A stretch of DNA of 64,000 nt from an uncultured Terrimonas sp. (GTDB taxonomy: Bacteria > Bacteroidota > Bacteroidia > Chitinophagales > Chitinophagaceae): NCBI GenBank assembly GCA_964461595.1, contig CAYWVB010000023.1, forward strand, positions 3,340-67,339. Reading direction: 5' to 3'. The notes beneath the pieces were generated by a model, which did no database searches, had not been told where the DNA came from, and saw nothing but the letters and a program-made list of their open reading frames with translations. Position 1 is the stretch's first letter. Every line of letters starts with the position of its first letter. A program made the position numbers and the translations under genes. Shown here piece after piece: positions 55,405 to 64,000 of this stretch.

Positions 55405-56418
55405 ATGATAAGTATTAGACCATCTTATCAGGAACTGAATAAAACATACTATTCCGATACCTGCAAGCCACTTGTGGCAGCATGGAAAAAAGGAAGGGTA
55501 ACGCTTGAAGCGTGGGCGCGTTCGAGCTACCCGGCAACTTACAAAATGGAAAACGGGGTCTTGCCTTGTGTAAGCAGCGTTGGTTATTGGGATGCTACTT
55601 TTCAACAGGACTGGGGCCTGAACTGGCATAGAAATGAAGGGATAGAGATCACTTTTCTTGAAACAGGCACCATGCCGTTCTCGCTCGGTAATGATCAGTA
55701 TGTTATTCATCCCAACGAGGTTACCATTACACGACCCTGGCAACCGCATAAGCTGGGTGATCCTTATATCGGCATAGGCAAGCTGTATTGGGTTATACTG
55801 GACGTGGGAGTTCGCTGTCCTCACCAGGAATGGAAATGGCCTCCATGGATAACGCTTACTGAAAAAGACCTTAATGAGCTTACCGGGATGTTGCGCCAAA
55901 ACGAACAACCCATCTGGAAAACCAACCAGGAGATCAGGAAGTGCTTTCAAAAAATTGGTAACGTGATTACCTGCGACAGATCGGGAGAGAAAGAATCGTG
56001 GGTTGCCATTTATATTAATGAGTTACTGATGCATTTTCTTGAATTTTTCAGAAATGGCCCTTTTCAATGGGACGAGAGTTTAGTGAACAGCAGCAGAACG
56101 GTGCAGCTTTTTATCAAAGACCTGCGCAACAGCTATTTTGAACCCTGGACACTGGAGCGCATGGCCGAGTATTGTGGGCTGAAGGCTACCCGTTTTGTAC
56201 ATTATTTCAGGCAATTGACTAATATGACACCCATGAATTATCTCACGCATGTACGGTTGGAAACGGCAGCAGATCTCCTGGTAAGCCAGCATGCCAAGGG
56301 TATTAATGAAATTTGTTATGATTGTGGTTTTACAAGCAGCCAGTATTTCTCAACTGTATTCAGGAAGCAATACGGATGTTCCCCTACTGCCTACCGTTAT
56401 CATCACTTAAAAAACTAA
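55405..56418 (+). CDS. AraC-family transcriptional regulator (cupin sensor + HTH)
   Basis: 337 aa. The C-terminal AraC HTH is LERMAEYCGLKATRFVHYFRQLTNMTPMNYLTHVRLETAADLL...ICYDCGFTSSQYFSTVFRKQYGCSPTAYR. Confidence 0.88.
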   Translation: MISIRPSYQELNKTYYSDTCKPLVAAWKKGRVTLEAWARSSYPATYKMENGVLPCVSSVGYWDATFQQDWGLNWHRNEGIEITFLETGTMPFSLGNDQYVIHPNEVTITRPWQPHKLGDPYIGIGKLYWVILDVGVRCPHQEWKWPPWITLTEKDLNELTGMLRQNEQPIWKTNQEIRKCFQKIGNVITCDRSGEKESWVAIYINELLMHFLEFFRNGPFQWDESLVNSSRTVQLFIKDLRNSYFEPWTLERMAEYCGLKATRFVHYFRQLTNMTPMNYLTHVRLETAADLLVSQHAKGINEICYDCGFTSSQYFSTVFRKQYGCSPTAYRYHHLKN

Positions 56419-56503
56419 TCGCTTCTCTCCGATCCTTTTTTTGTGCAAATTTCTTCATTGAAATTAATTGAACAGTTATAGCTTTTTTTTGAAATAGTAT
56501 TGT

Positions 56504-56517
56504 GTTATCCGGATAAC
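56504..56517. promoter_or_regulatory. Perfect 14-nt palindrome GTTATCCGGATAAC upstream of the MFS gene (candidate operator)
   Basis: The sequence is self-complementary, checked by eye. It is flanked by a second inverted pair, TAGTATT and AATACTA. It ends 21 nt before ATG 56539. Confidence 0.4.
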
Positions 56518-56538
56518 GGAGTTAATACTATACGATAT

Positions 56539-57807
56539 ATGGAAACAGCTATCAACAAAAGGCGGCTTTTCAATGCATGTAGCCTTGCCCTCGTTGTTAC
56601 AGCGCTCACTTTTGCCATCAGGGCAAATCTTATGGGTCCATTGGGACAGGCGTTCGGGCTTACCTCAAAAGCGATCGGCGAAATAGCCTCTGCGGCATTC
56701 TGGGGATTTACGGCTGCCATGTTTGCCGGCGGGCTTTTATGTGATGCAATAGGATTGGGAAAAATGTATATGCTGGCATTCATCGGCCACGTAGCGGGGA
56801 TTATTCTTACCATTTATGCTACCGGCTACTGGTCGCTCTTTGTGTCAACCCTGTTCGTGGGCCTGGGAAATGGCTTCGTTGAATCTGCCAGCTATGCAAT
56901 GGTCAGCAGCATGTATACCACCGACAAAACGAGAAAGATCAACGCGTGGCATATCTGGTTTCCGGCAGGGATAGTGATCGGCGGCGTACTGGCTTACCTG
57001 CTGACATTGCTGGATCTCGGCTGGAAAATACAGATGGCGGTAATGCTGCTCCCCACTATTATGTATGGGATCATGTTCCTGAAGCAGCAGTTTCCTAAGT
57101 CCGAACGTGTTTCAATGGGCGTTTCAAACAGGGAAATGGCCAGGGAATGCCTGCGGCCGCTTTTTATCTTTATGCTGTTTTGCATGTTCCTTACGGCCGC
57201 TACCGAACTTGGCACCAATCAGTGGATCGTTGAACTGCTCTCTGCAGTTGGTGTGCCTTCCATACTGTTATTGGTTTTTATTAACGGGATCATGACAGTG
57301 GGGCGGGCAAATGCGGGGTTTATCCTGCAAAGGCTGTCTCCTGCCGGATTGTTACTGCTCTCCGCTATATTTTCTTTCACGGGGTTATACTGGCTGGGCT
57401 CTGCAGAAGGTTATGTCACTTTCGCCGCAGCAGGAGTTTTCGCAATAGGTATTTGTTTTTTCTGGCCCACCATGATCGGTTTTGTATCTGAAAGACTTCC
57501 GAAAACAGGGCCGCTGGGATTATCTTTAATGGGAGGAGCCGGATTAATGTCCACCGCAATTGTACTGCCTTATTTTGGACAATTGTATGATCATCAGCTT
57601 TCATCTCTTGCCGGCCCGGACAGCGGTGTATTGCCGGAGCAGGTAAAACTGGCAGCAGGGTCACGTACACTGCTATATATATCTGTCATCCCTGCTGTAT
57701 TGATAATCGCATTTGGCATATTGAATTTTCAATTACTAAGGGCCAGGACACTTTCAAAAATTAAACCACTAAAAAACAACAATGGCAAAATTCAGAATTA
57801 CACTTAA
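56539..57807 (+). CDS. MFS transporter (substrate unknown)
   Basis: The track ORF starts at TTG 56500. ATG 56539 (METAINKRRLF) is more plausible. The protein has about 12 hydrophobic segments and no sugar-porter signature motifs. Confidence 0.8.
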   Translation: METAINKRRLFNACSLALVVTALTFAIRANLMGPLGQAFGLTSKAIGEIASAAFWGFTAAMFAGGLLCDAIGLGKMYMLAFIGHVAGIILTIYATGYWSLFVSTLFVGLGNGFVESASYAMVSSMYTTDKTRKINAWHIWFPAGIVIGGVLAYLLTLLDLGWKIQMAVMLLPTIMYGIMFLKQQFPKSERVSMGVSNREMARECLRPLFIFMLFCMFLTAATELGTNQWIVELLSAVGVPSILLLVFINGIMTVGRANAGFILQRLSPAGLLLLSAIFSFTGLYWLGSAEGYVTFAAAGVFAIGICFFWPTMIGFVSERLPKTGPLGLSLMGGAGLMSTAIVLPYFGQLYDHQLSSLAGPDSGVLPEQVKLAAGSRTLLYISVIPAVLIIAFGILNFQLLRARTLSKIKPLKNNNGKIQNYT

Positions 57808-58627
57808 CATGGAGTATTGCCGCAGTGCAGACATGGGTTTTGAAGCAGGGGTTAAACAAGCGGCTGAAATAGGGTATCGCTACATTGAACCTATGGTACA
57901 TACCGGCTGGGAACTGCTTAGTGAAGTGGGGTACTTTCATTCTTTTTCTATGGAGGAAGACCCGCTACTGATGAAAGAGATCTGCGATCGCTATGGCATT
58001 ACTGTCAGCAGCCTCAGCGGACATAGTCCCCTGATGAAGCCCGAAGCTGCAGTAAGCCGCCTGACAAGGGCGATTGTCCTTGCAGATGCCCTGAAAGCCC
58101 CCTTTGTGAATACCGATGAAATGATAAAACCAGACTGGATGGATGATCATTTTGCACATGAAGTGATGAAATACACGCTCACAAAGGCTAACCAGGCTGC
58201 TCAAAGACACGGGGTATATATCTGTATCGAACCTCATGGTGTTTTTACCAGCACTGCCGAAGGCTTGATGCGCATTGTCAACCTGGTAAAATCTTCCTGG
58301 ATCGGCGTTAACTGGGATACAGGCAATTCTTACCTCGCCGGTATAGAAGACCCTTATGATGGGTTACGAAATGTACGTGACTACGTGTATCATATTCATG
58401 CAAAAGATATTAGTATGAGCCACGGAGAAAAAGAAAGAGGAAAAGTATTCGGTACTCCTGTTGGCTGTGCATGTGGCGAAGGTATGGTAAACTGGGATAA
58501 GGTTTTTGAGATCATGGAGCCCGTAGACAGGGAAATCTTCCTAAGTGTGGAATGCGGCAAGATAGACGAGGCTGAACGGAGCCTGCGATTTTTAGAAAGC
58601 AAACTCGGCGGTTTGCTGATCAGATAG
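57782..58627 (+). CDS. Sugar phosphate isomerase/epimerase (xylose-isomerase-like TIM barrel)
   Basis: 281 aa with no signal peptide. Its blocks are YIEPMVHTG, YICIEPHG, VNWDTGNSYLAG and HIHAKD. The alternative start ATG 57809 lies just after the MFS stop. Confidence 0.82.
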   Translation: MAKFRITLNMEYCRSADMGFEAGVKQAAEIGYRYIEPMVHTGWELLSEVGYFHSFSMEEDPLLMKEICDRYGITVSSLSGHSPLMKPEAAVSRLTRAIVLADALKAPFVNTDEMIKPDWMDDHFAHEVMKYTLTKANQAAQRHGVYICIEPHGVFTSTAEGLMRIVNLVKSSWIGVNWDTGNSYLAGIEDPYDGLRNVRDYVYHIHAKDISMSHGEKERGKVFGTPVGCACGEGMVNWDKVFEIMEPVDREIFLSVECGKIDEAERSLRFLESKLGGLLIR

Positions 58628-58673
58628 CCGGATAAAAATATTAACCTACTACAATAAAACCAAAACCATTACA

Positions 58674-61600
58674 ATGGAAAATTTAACGCGTTTTAGCTAT
58701 TTTTTTATGCTATGCCTGTTTGCATGGAGTAGCAGCTATGCACAGAAGAAAACCGTCTCCGGTAAAGTAACGGAGCTTGAAAGCGGAAAACCGATCCCCG
58801 GCGTGAACGTCACCGTAAAAGGAGCAACAGCAGGTGTTTCAACCGGCGCAGCCGGAGAATATACGATCGCACTCCCGGATGGAGCGAAAGTTTTGATCTT
58901 CTCATCTGTCGGCTATACTCCCCGTGAAATACCGGTAGGCGGACGGGCGGTAATTGATGTTACTTTAGAGACGCATGTTCAAAGCCTTAAAGAAACAATT
59001 ATTGTCGGGTACGGAGTGCAGCGAAGAAGCGAGGTGACCGGCTCGGTCAGCGTGGTTTCAGGAAAGGAGGTAGAGGAATATCCCGCATTTAATGCCTTAC
59101 AGAGCTTAAGAGGCAAGGTGTCGGGCGTAAAGATCTCTACAAATTCAGGCTCCCCCACCGGGAGTAACCGCGTTGTTATTCGCGGGATCGGCACGATCAA
59201 TGCATCCACCAATCCCTTGTATATAGTAGATGGGGTGGCCTTAGACAATATTGAGACCATGAACCCAAATGATATCCAAAGCATTGAGGTGCTCAAAGAC
59301 GCTTCAGCAACAGCTATTTATGGTTCAAGAGGCGCCAACGGGGTTATATTGGTAACCACCAAAAGAGGAGGTACTGAGAACGGGCTCAGACTTGAATATA
59401 ATGGGGATTTCAGCCTCGGAAGATTAGCACGGAAAATAGATGTGATGAACGCTAAGGAGTTCATGGAAGTGCAACGGATCGGTTATGAAAATGCGCCCAT
59501 TTTCAAAAATTATGCGCCTGGTCATGCGCCGGTAATGGATTTGAGTGACAGGCGGATATTTGATGAGCACGGTAATCCCTTATATGATACGGATTGGCAG
59601 GAGGAGGCTACCAGAACAGCGCTGTCGCATAATCATCAGGTGAGTATCAGATCAAAAGGAGAGTCCGGTTCTTTCGGCGCTTTCCTGAATTATACTGATG
59701 CAGAAGGTATCTATCTCAATTCCTGGACCAAGCGGGCTAGCGCTAAATTGGTTTACGATGCATCGCTGGCAAAATGGCTGTCATTTGGCGCCAATACAAC
59801 GATAACTAAAACATGGGCAAATAACGTTTCTGAAACAGGCGGCGGTTTCCATGCCTCAAGAGCCATAACTGAAGTGCCCCCGATTTTCCCTGTTAAATGG
59901 CCGGATGGTACATGGTCTAACAGCACCCAGATATCGGGCTTCACATTCGAAGGACAGCCTAACCCTGTACACCGGCTCCTGGAAGAAAAGAACCTGGCTA
60001 ACGGGACACGGTTGTTTGGTAACTTATTTCTCGATTTTAAATTGACTTCTTATCTTCAATTCAGGTCCCAGGTCGGTATCAATAATTATTTATCCGAAAA
60101 CCGGTATTACGCACCCACCAATATGATTACCGTGGGGTTCCCGGATGGGTATGCCAGTATCAGCAACGGGAAACAAACTTACTGGCAGAATGAGAATTAT
60201 TTTACCTATACACGACAGTTTGGATCGCACAGGTTGAATGGAGTATTAGGAGCAAGCTGGCAGCAAAACCTTGCCAGCGGGAACGCGATGAGCGCAAGAG
60301 GCTTTACCAATGATTTCTTCAATTTTAATAATATAGGTGCAGCTTCTATCCAGAATCCATCATCATCCTATGCCAACGACTGGTCAATGAATTCTTATTT
60401 CAGCCGTGCCACTTATACCTACAAAGACAGGTACACAGCTACTTTTTCGGGAAGAATGGACGGATCTTCCCGTTTCGGAAAGAACAATAAATACGGCTTT
60501 TTCCCATCGGGTGGAATATCCTGGCTGGTTTCGAATGAAGACTTCATGAGAAATGTAAAAGCCATAGATCACCTTCGGCTGCGGGCATCTTTCGGCGTGA
60601 CCGGTAATACAGAGATCGGGCTGTATCGTTCGCTGGCAACTGTTGGCTCCGGTACAACCCTCGTTGGCGGGCAAAGAGTAGCCAGAAGCTTTGCACAACG
60701 TCTTCCAAACTCTGATCTTGAATGGGAAAGAACACGACAGTTCGATGCAGGTATTGAATTAACCATGTTTAACCAGGCGCTGTTACTGGAAGCCGATTAC
60801 TATAATAAGTTGACCTATAATCTGATCCTGGACCGCCCTATACCCACCTCTACAGGTTTTGGCTCGATCACAGACAATATTGGTTCAGTATCCAACAAAG
60901 GCATTGACCTTAAACTGACTACCAGGAATATAAACAGGGAAAACTTTACCTGGTCTACTACCCTCAACTTCAACTATAATAAAAACCGGATTGAAAGCCT
61001 TGGGCTAAACAACGAAGATATTTTTCCCGGCCCCAACTGGGTTGCAGGAAGCCAGACTATCTTACGGGTAGGCGAGCCTGTCAGCTCATTTTGGGGATAT
61101 GAAAGATTAGGAATATGGGGCAGTAATGAGGCAGAGGAAGCGGCTAAGGTTGGCGCTATCCCCGGAGAAGCAAAGCGGTCTACTCAAAAGACCATTATCG
61201 GGAAAGGGATCCCCGATGTTACCGGAGGGCTGTTTAACCGGTTTAATATCGGGCGCTTTGACGCGCTGATAGACTTGCAGGTTTCTTTAGGCGCCGATAT
61301 CATGCAGCAATTTCTTGCAACCGCTGAGGATCGCCAGGGACTCACTAACGGGATCAGCACCCAGCTCTACGATGCATGGACATCTGACAAGCAGAATACA
61401 ATGGTTCAGCGGATACGCCACACCGTACTTTCCGGTCAAAACCTTCAGCCTGACACCCGCTGGATTTGCGATGGCTCTTATCTCAGAGGCAACCTGTTCT
61501 CAGTAGGGTATAATTTTGGTCAAAGAATGCTCGCCTCGATGGGATTGAGCCAGCTAAGAGTTAGCCTGAGCCTCGAAAATGCATTTGTTATTAATTCCAA

Positions 61601-61727
61601 AGACTTTAAAGGATATGATCCGGAATCTTCAACCTGGCATGGCGATAATTTTGGGCAGAATATCTTTTTCTATGAATATCCCAAAGCCCGGACACTCACA
61701 TTTGGATTAAATGTCCGCTTTAAATAA
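58674..61727 (+). CDS. SusC/RagA-family TonB-dependent receptor (no STN domain)
   Basis: 1017 aa with a signal peptide. The CarboxypepD_reg block is VSGKVTELESGKPIPGVNVTVKG. The plug block is IIVGYGVQRRSEVTGSV...IRGIGTINASTNPLYIVDGV. Confidence 0.95.
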   Translation: MENLTRFSYFFMLCLFAWSSSYAQKKTVSGKVTELESGKPIPGVNVTVKGATAGVSTGAAGEYTIALPDGAKVLIFSSVGYTPREIPVGGRAVIDVTLETHVQSLKETIIVGYGVQRRSEVTGSVSVVSGKEVEEYPAFNALQSLRGKVSGVKISTNSGSPTGSNRVVIRGIGTINASTNPLYIVDGVALDNIETMNPNDIQSIEVLKDASATAIYGSRGANGVILVTTKRGGTENGLRLEYNGDFSLGRLARKIDVMNAKEFMEVQRIGYENAPIFKNYAPGHAPVMDLSDRRIFDEHGNPLYDTDWQEEATRTALSHNHQVSIRSKGESGSFGAFLNYTDAEGIYLNSWTKRASAKLVYDASLAKWLSFGANTTITKTWANNVSETGGGFHASRAITEVPPIFPVKWPDGTWSNSTQISGFTFEGQPNPVHRLLEEKNLANGTRLFGNLFLDFKLTSYLQFRSQVGINNYLSENRYYAPTNMITVGFPDGYASISNGKQTYWQNENYFTYTRQFGSHRLNGVLGASWQQNLASGNAMSARGFTNDFFNFNNIGAASIQNPSSSYANDWSMNSYFSRATYTYKDRYTATFSGRMDGSSRFGKNNKYGFFPSGGISWLVSNEDFMRNVKAIDHLRLRASFGVTGNTEIGLYRSLATVGSGTTLVGGQRVARSFAQRLPNSDLEWERTRQFDAGIELTMFNQALLLEADYYNKLTYNLILDRPIPTSTGFGSITDNIGSVSNKGIDLKLTTRNINRENFTWSTTLNFNYNKNRIESLGLNNEDIFPGPNWVAGSQTILRVGEPVSSFWGYERLGIWGSNEAEEAAKVGAIPGEAKRSTQKTIIGKGIPDVTGGLFNRFNIGRFDALIDLQVSLGADIMQQFLATAEDRQGLTNGISTQLYDAWTSDKQNTMVQRIRHTVLSGQNLQPDTRWICDGSYLRGNLFSVGYNFGQRMLASMGLSQLRVSLSLENAFVINSKDFKGYDPESSTWHGDNFGQNIFFYEYPKARTLTFGLNVRFK

Positions 61728-61744
61728 TTAAAATCTAATTAATC

Positions 61745-63301
61745 ATGAAGAAGTATATATTTATCATAACAGCATTGTTAATGTTTTCCTGCAAACGGTT
61801 CCTGGTGGAAGAACCTAAAAGTGAGCAGTCGTTAGATCAGTTTTTTAAGTCGCCCGGGGAAGGCAGGAGTTTTGTAAATACACTTTATAAAAGCGGCGCT
61901 ACCGGTTTCTACGACCCTGGTGGTTTTACAGGGAGTATTGTAATGATGGGAGGATACATATCGGGGCTGTTTGACAATGAAGCAAAAGGGGAGAGAATTG
62001 AGCCGCTCCGCGCACAAAATTTATCATTCAATGCGCAAAACATGTCGGAATACCTGGACAGGTGGTGGTCAAGCGCTTATAGCGCTATTGCAACAGCTAA
62101 TACGGCAATCAAATATATTCCGAATATTCCCGGCATATCCGATATTGAAAAAAACCAGTTATTAGCAGAAGCAAAATTCTTTAGAGCATTTAATTATTTT
62201 TTCCTGGTAAAAAATTTTGGCGGGGTTCCCCTCGTAACAGAACCCTATTTTAGTACGGAAGGTATTTATGTGGATCGCGCACAAACAAGCGAGGTGTACC
62301 GCCTTATTGTTGATGACTTAGAATGGGCGGTTAACCAGGGCGGACTTTCTAACAATAGTTTTGTTGCCAATAATTTTAGAGTTACAAAAGGCGCCGCTTC
62401 TGCTTTGCTGGCTGATGTGTACTTACAGATGTCCGGCTATCCTTTACATGAAGAAAGCAACTATGCCAAAGCTGCTGTGACAGCACGGTCAATTATTAAT
62501 GGCGGTAGCCATCAGCTCATCCCCAACGGGGCTTTGCCGGAAAAAAGCGCCTATAATGTAATGCGTACTTCAGATAAAGAAAGTGAATATGTTTTTTCTA
62601 TCGAGTTTGATCCGATAATATATGGCGTTTCGAGCCCGAGCGTATCCCTCCCGGGTAGTATAAGACCTCCCGGCTTAAAATATTCCCGAACCTATAATGC
62701 TTACAGACCTACGGATCAGTTTATTGCCCTGTATGATGCAACGAAGGACATAAGGGTCCAAAATCAGCAACTGTTTTTCAAATCAGTTGACGTAAAAGGG
62801 GAACACTTTGAATTTGGTGAATATGCGCCCTATTTGTTTTATGATACCGTTGCCCTGTATGAAACTGCCAAAGGCGGGCAGGACATGCGGGTATACCGGT
62901 ATGCAGAAGTTTTATTGATTGCTGCAGAAGCCATTGCATTCACTGAAGGGGTTACCCAGGAAGCGGTAAAATACCTGGCAGATGTGAGAGCCAGGGCATA
63001 TTGGACTACAAGCAGAAATGATATAGAAAGCCAGTTATCGGCCTTAAGCAAAGAGGAATTTATTAAGGAAGTATGGAAAGAACGGTATCGTGAGTTAGCC
63101 CTGGATTACCGGATATGGTCTGATATTCAACGTACACGTTTATACCCGGTGGGGAGCGCCGGAGGGAATGTGAATTTTGTTAACGTGGTGGGGCATACCA
63201 ATCCATGGGGGGCAACCTATAAGGAGCAGCATCTCCTCTACCCCATCTCTGATAACGAGCTGCAACGCAATCACAAACTTGAGCAGAATCCGGGCTATTG
63301 A
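61745..63301 (+). CDS. SusD/RagB-family lipoprotein
   Basis: 518 aa with lipobox LMFSC. It lies 17 nt after SusC. Its blocks are FFRAFNYFFLVKNFGGVPLV, YRYAEVLLIAAEAIA, ERYRELALDYRIWSDIQR and LYPISDNELQRNHKLEQNPGY. Confidence 0.93.
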   Translation: MKKYIFIITALLMFSCKRFLVEEPKSEQSLDQFFKSPGEGRSFVNTLYKSGATGFYDPGGFTGSIVMMGGYISGLFDNEAKGERIEPLRAQNLSFNAQNMSEYLDRWWSSAYSAIATANTAIKYIPNIPGISDIEKNQLLAEAKFFRAFNYFFLVKNFGGVPLVTEPYFSTEGIYVDRAQTSEVYRLIVDDLEWAVNQGGLSNNSFVANNFRVTKGAASALLADVYLQMSGYPLHEESNYAKAAVTARSIINGGSHQLIPNGALPEKSAYNVMRTSDKESEYVFSIEFDPIIYGVSSPSVSLPGSIRPPGLKYSRTYNAYRPTDQFIALYDATKDIRVQNQQLFFKSVDVKGEHFEFGEYAPYLFYDTVALYETAKGGQDMRVYRYAEVLLIAAEAIAFTEGVTQEAVKYLADVRARAYWTTSRNDIESQLSALSKEEFIKEVWKERYRELALDYRIWSDIQRTRLYPVGSAGGNVNFVNVVGHTNPWGATYKEQHLLYPISDNELQRNHKLEQNPGY

Positions 63302-63321
63302 TTACAGAAATATTTGACAAT

Positions 63322-64000
63322 ATGAAACCCAACTATTTGTTCAATGTAATGTTCTTTTCCTGTATGTGTGTTGCCCTGGCATTACACACACAGGCTCAGC
63401 CCGCGTACCAGGAGACAGGGCTGACAGATAAAACAGCTTTTAAGGATAATTCCGCTAATTGGAAAATCGCAGGAGATATATGGTACAACCCGTTCAGGAA
63501 CAAACTGAAGGAGGAAGCGGGAACAGGCATATTGGTTAATATACCATCGGGCAACAGCGAGGCCCCGCTTATTTCTAAAATAGAACACGGGAACCTGCTG
63601 CTTGACCTGGATTTTATGCTCGCTCCGCATGCTTCGGTAACCGTTTATTTGCAGGGAAGATACGGTATACGCCTGACCGATAGCTGGACAGACAAAAATT
63701 CCATTACACAAGCCTGCGGAACGATCCTCAATGAGAATTTGAAATCAGATGCCGGTGAAACGCAGCGTGCCCTGAATATCTCTCCGCGTTCAAACGTAGC
63801 GAGAGCCCCCGGATTGTGGCAACACCTGCAGGTGGTTTTCCAGGCGCCGCAGTTTGATGCAGACGGAAATAAAAAATCTAATGCGCGCTTATTACAGATT
63901 GCTCTAAACGGTGTTCTCATCCATGAAGATATAATACTGCCGGGCATCGCTTCGGATGGGCCCTATAATAATGAAAGCAAAACAGGCCCGCTTGTTTTTT
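63322..64000 (+). CDS. Secreted DUF1080 / 3-keto-disaccharide-hydrolase-like (LamG-fold) domain protein, partial (runs off the right edge)
   Basis: Absent from the ORF track because it has no stop. ATG 63322 gives the signal peptide MKPNYLFNVMFFSCMCVALALHTQA. The pattern NWKIAGD...GNLLLDLDFMLAPHASVTVYLQGRYGIRLTDSW...LWQHLQVVFQAP...IALNGVLIHEDI follows the DUF1080 layout. Confidence 0.6.
   Translation, partial: MKPNYLFNVMFFSCMCVALALHTQAQPAYQETGLTDKTAFKDNSANWKIAGDIWYNPFRNKLKEEAGTGILVNIPSGNSEAPLISKIEHGNLLLDLDFMLAPHASVTVYLQGRYGIRLTDSWTDKNSITQACGTILNENLKSDAGETQRALNISPRSNVARAPGLWQHLQVVFQAPQFDADGNKKSNARLLQIALNGVLIHEDIILPGIASDGPYNNESKTGPLVF

Noticed and set aside
55366-55950. 194-aa minus-strand ORF
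   Set aside because: It is antisense to the AraC-family gene and has no recognisable motifs.
1-64000. Search for CRISPR arrays, tRNA/rRNA genes, prophage or defence-island gene content
   Set aside because: I saw no direct-repeat/spacer arrays, no tRNA-like T-loop/acceptor patterns in the intergenic regions I read, and no phage or restriction-type proteins. The only toxin-like element is the PIN pair.

Overview
This window is from a Bacteroidota genome. TAnnTTTG promoter boxes, SusC/SusD pairs and lipoprotein-rich secreted enzymes fit a Chitinophagaceae-like organism, but the taxon is inference. The window is almost entirely carbohydrate-utilisation loci.

Layout:
- 1-3861 (minus): ECF sigma, FecR anti-sigma and an STN-type SusC that runs off the left edge.
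- 4049-4737: a PIN toxin and small antitoxin pair.
- 4799-8211: two orphan secreted glycosidases, one beta-helix GH110-like and one GH32-like.
- 8482-36106: a large alpha-mannoside PUL. It holds an ECF sigma, FecR, STN-SusC, SusD, an arylsulfotransferase-like lipoprotein and two divergent paralogues of an unassigned ~800 aa protein. A divergently oriented HutC-type GntR regulator follows, then GH38-like, GH92, discoidin-GH92, a six-hairpin protein and a long GH92.
- 36341-41292 (minus): a VCBS/ASPIC lipoprotein plus a PAP2/vanadium-haloperoxidase-like lipoprotein.
- 41472-55029: a second mannoside PUL with SusC, SusD, six-hairpin paralogue, GH38-like paralogue, PhyH dioxygenase, sugar porter and a long class I PMI.
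- 55405-64000: AraC, MFS, TIM-barrel isomerase, SusC, SusD and a partial DUF1080 gene.

I saw no rRNA, tRNA or CRISPR array.

Most notable observations:
- The unassigned paralogue pair at 17117-22157.
- A 25-nt palindromic sequence that is identical at two promoters and fits a HutC-type operator.
- A 508-bp cassette with perfect 24-bp terminal inverted repeats that carries an IS200-like tnpA stump.
- A duplicated six-hairpin plus GH38-like module.
- Atypical PUL passengers: an ASST-like propeller, a PhyH dioxygenase and a haloperoxidase-like/VCBS pair.

All family calls come from motif recognition by eye. No searches were run.
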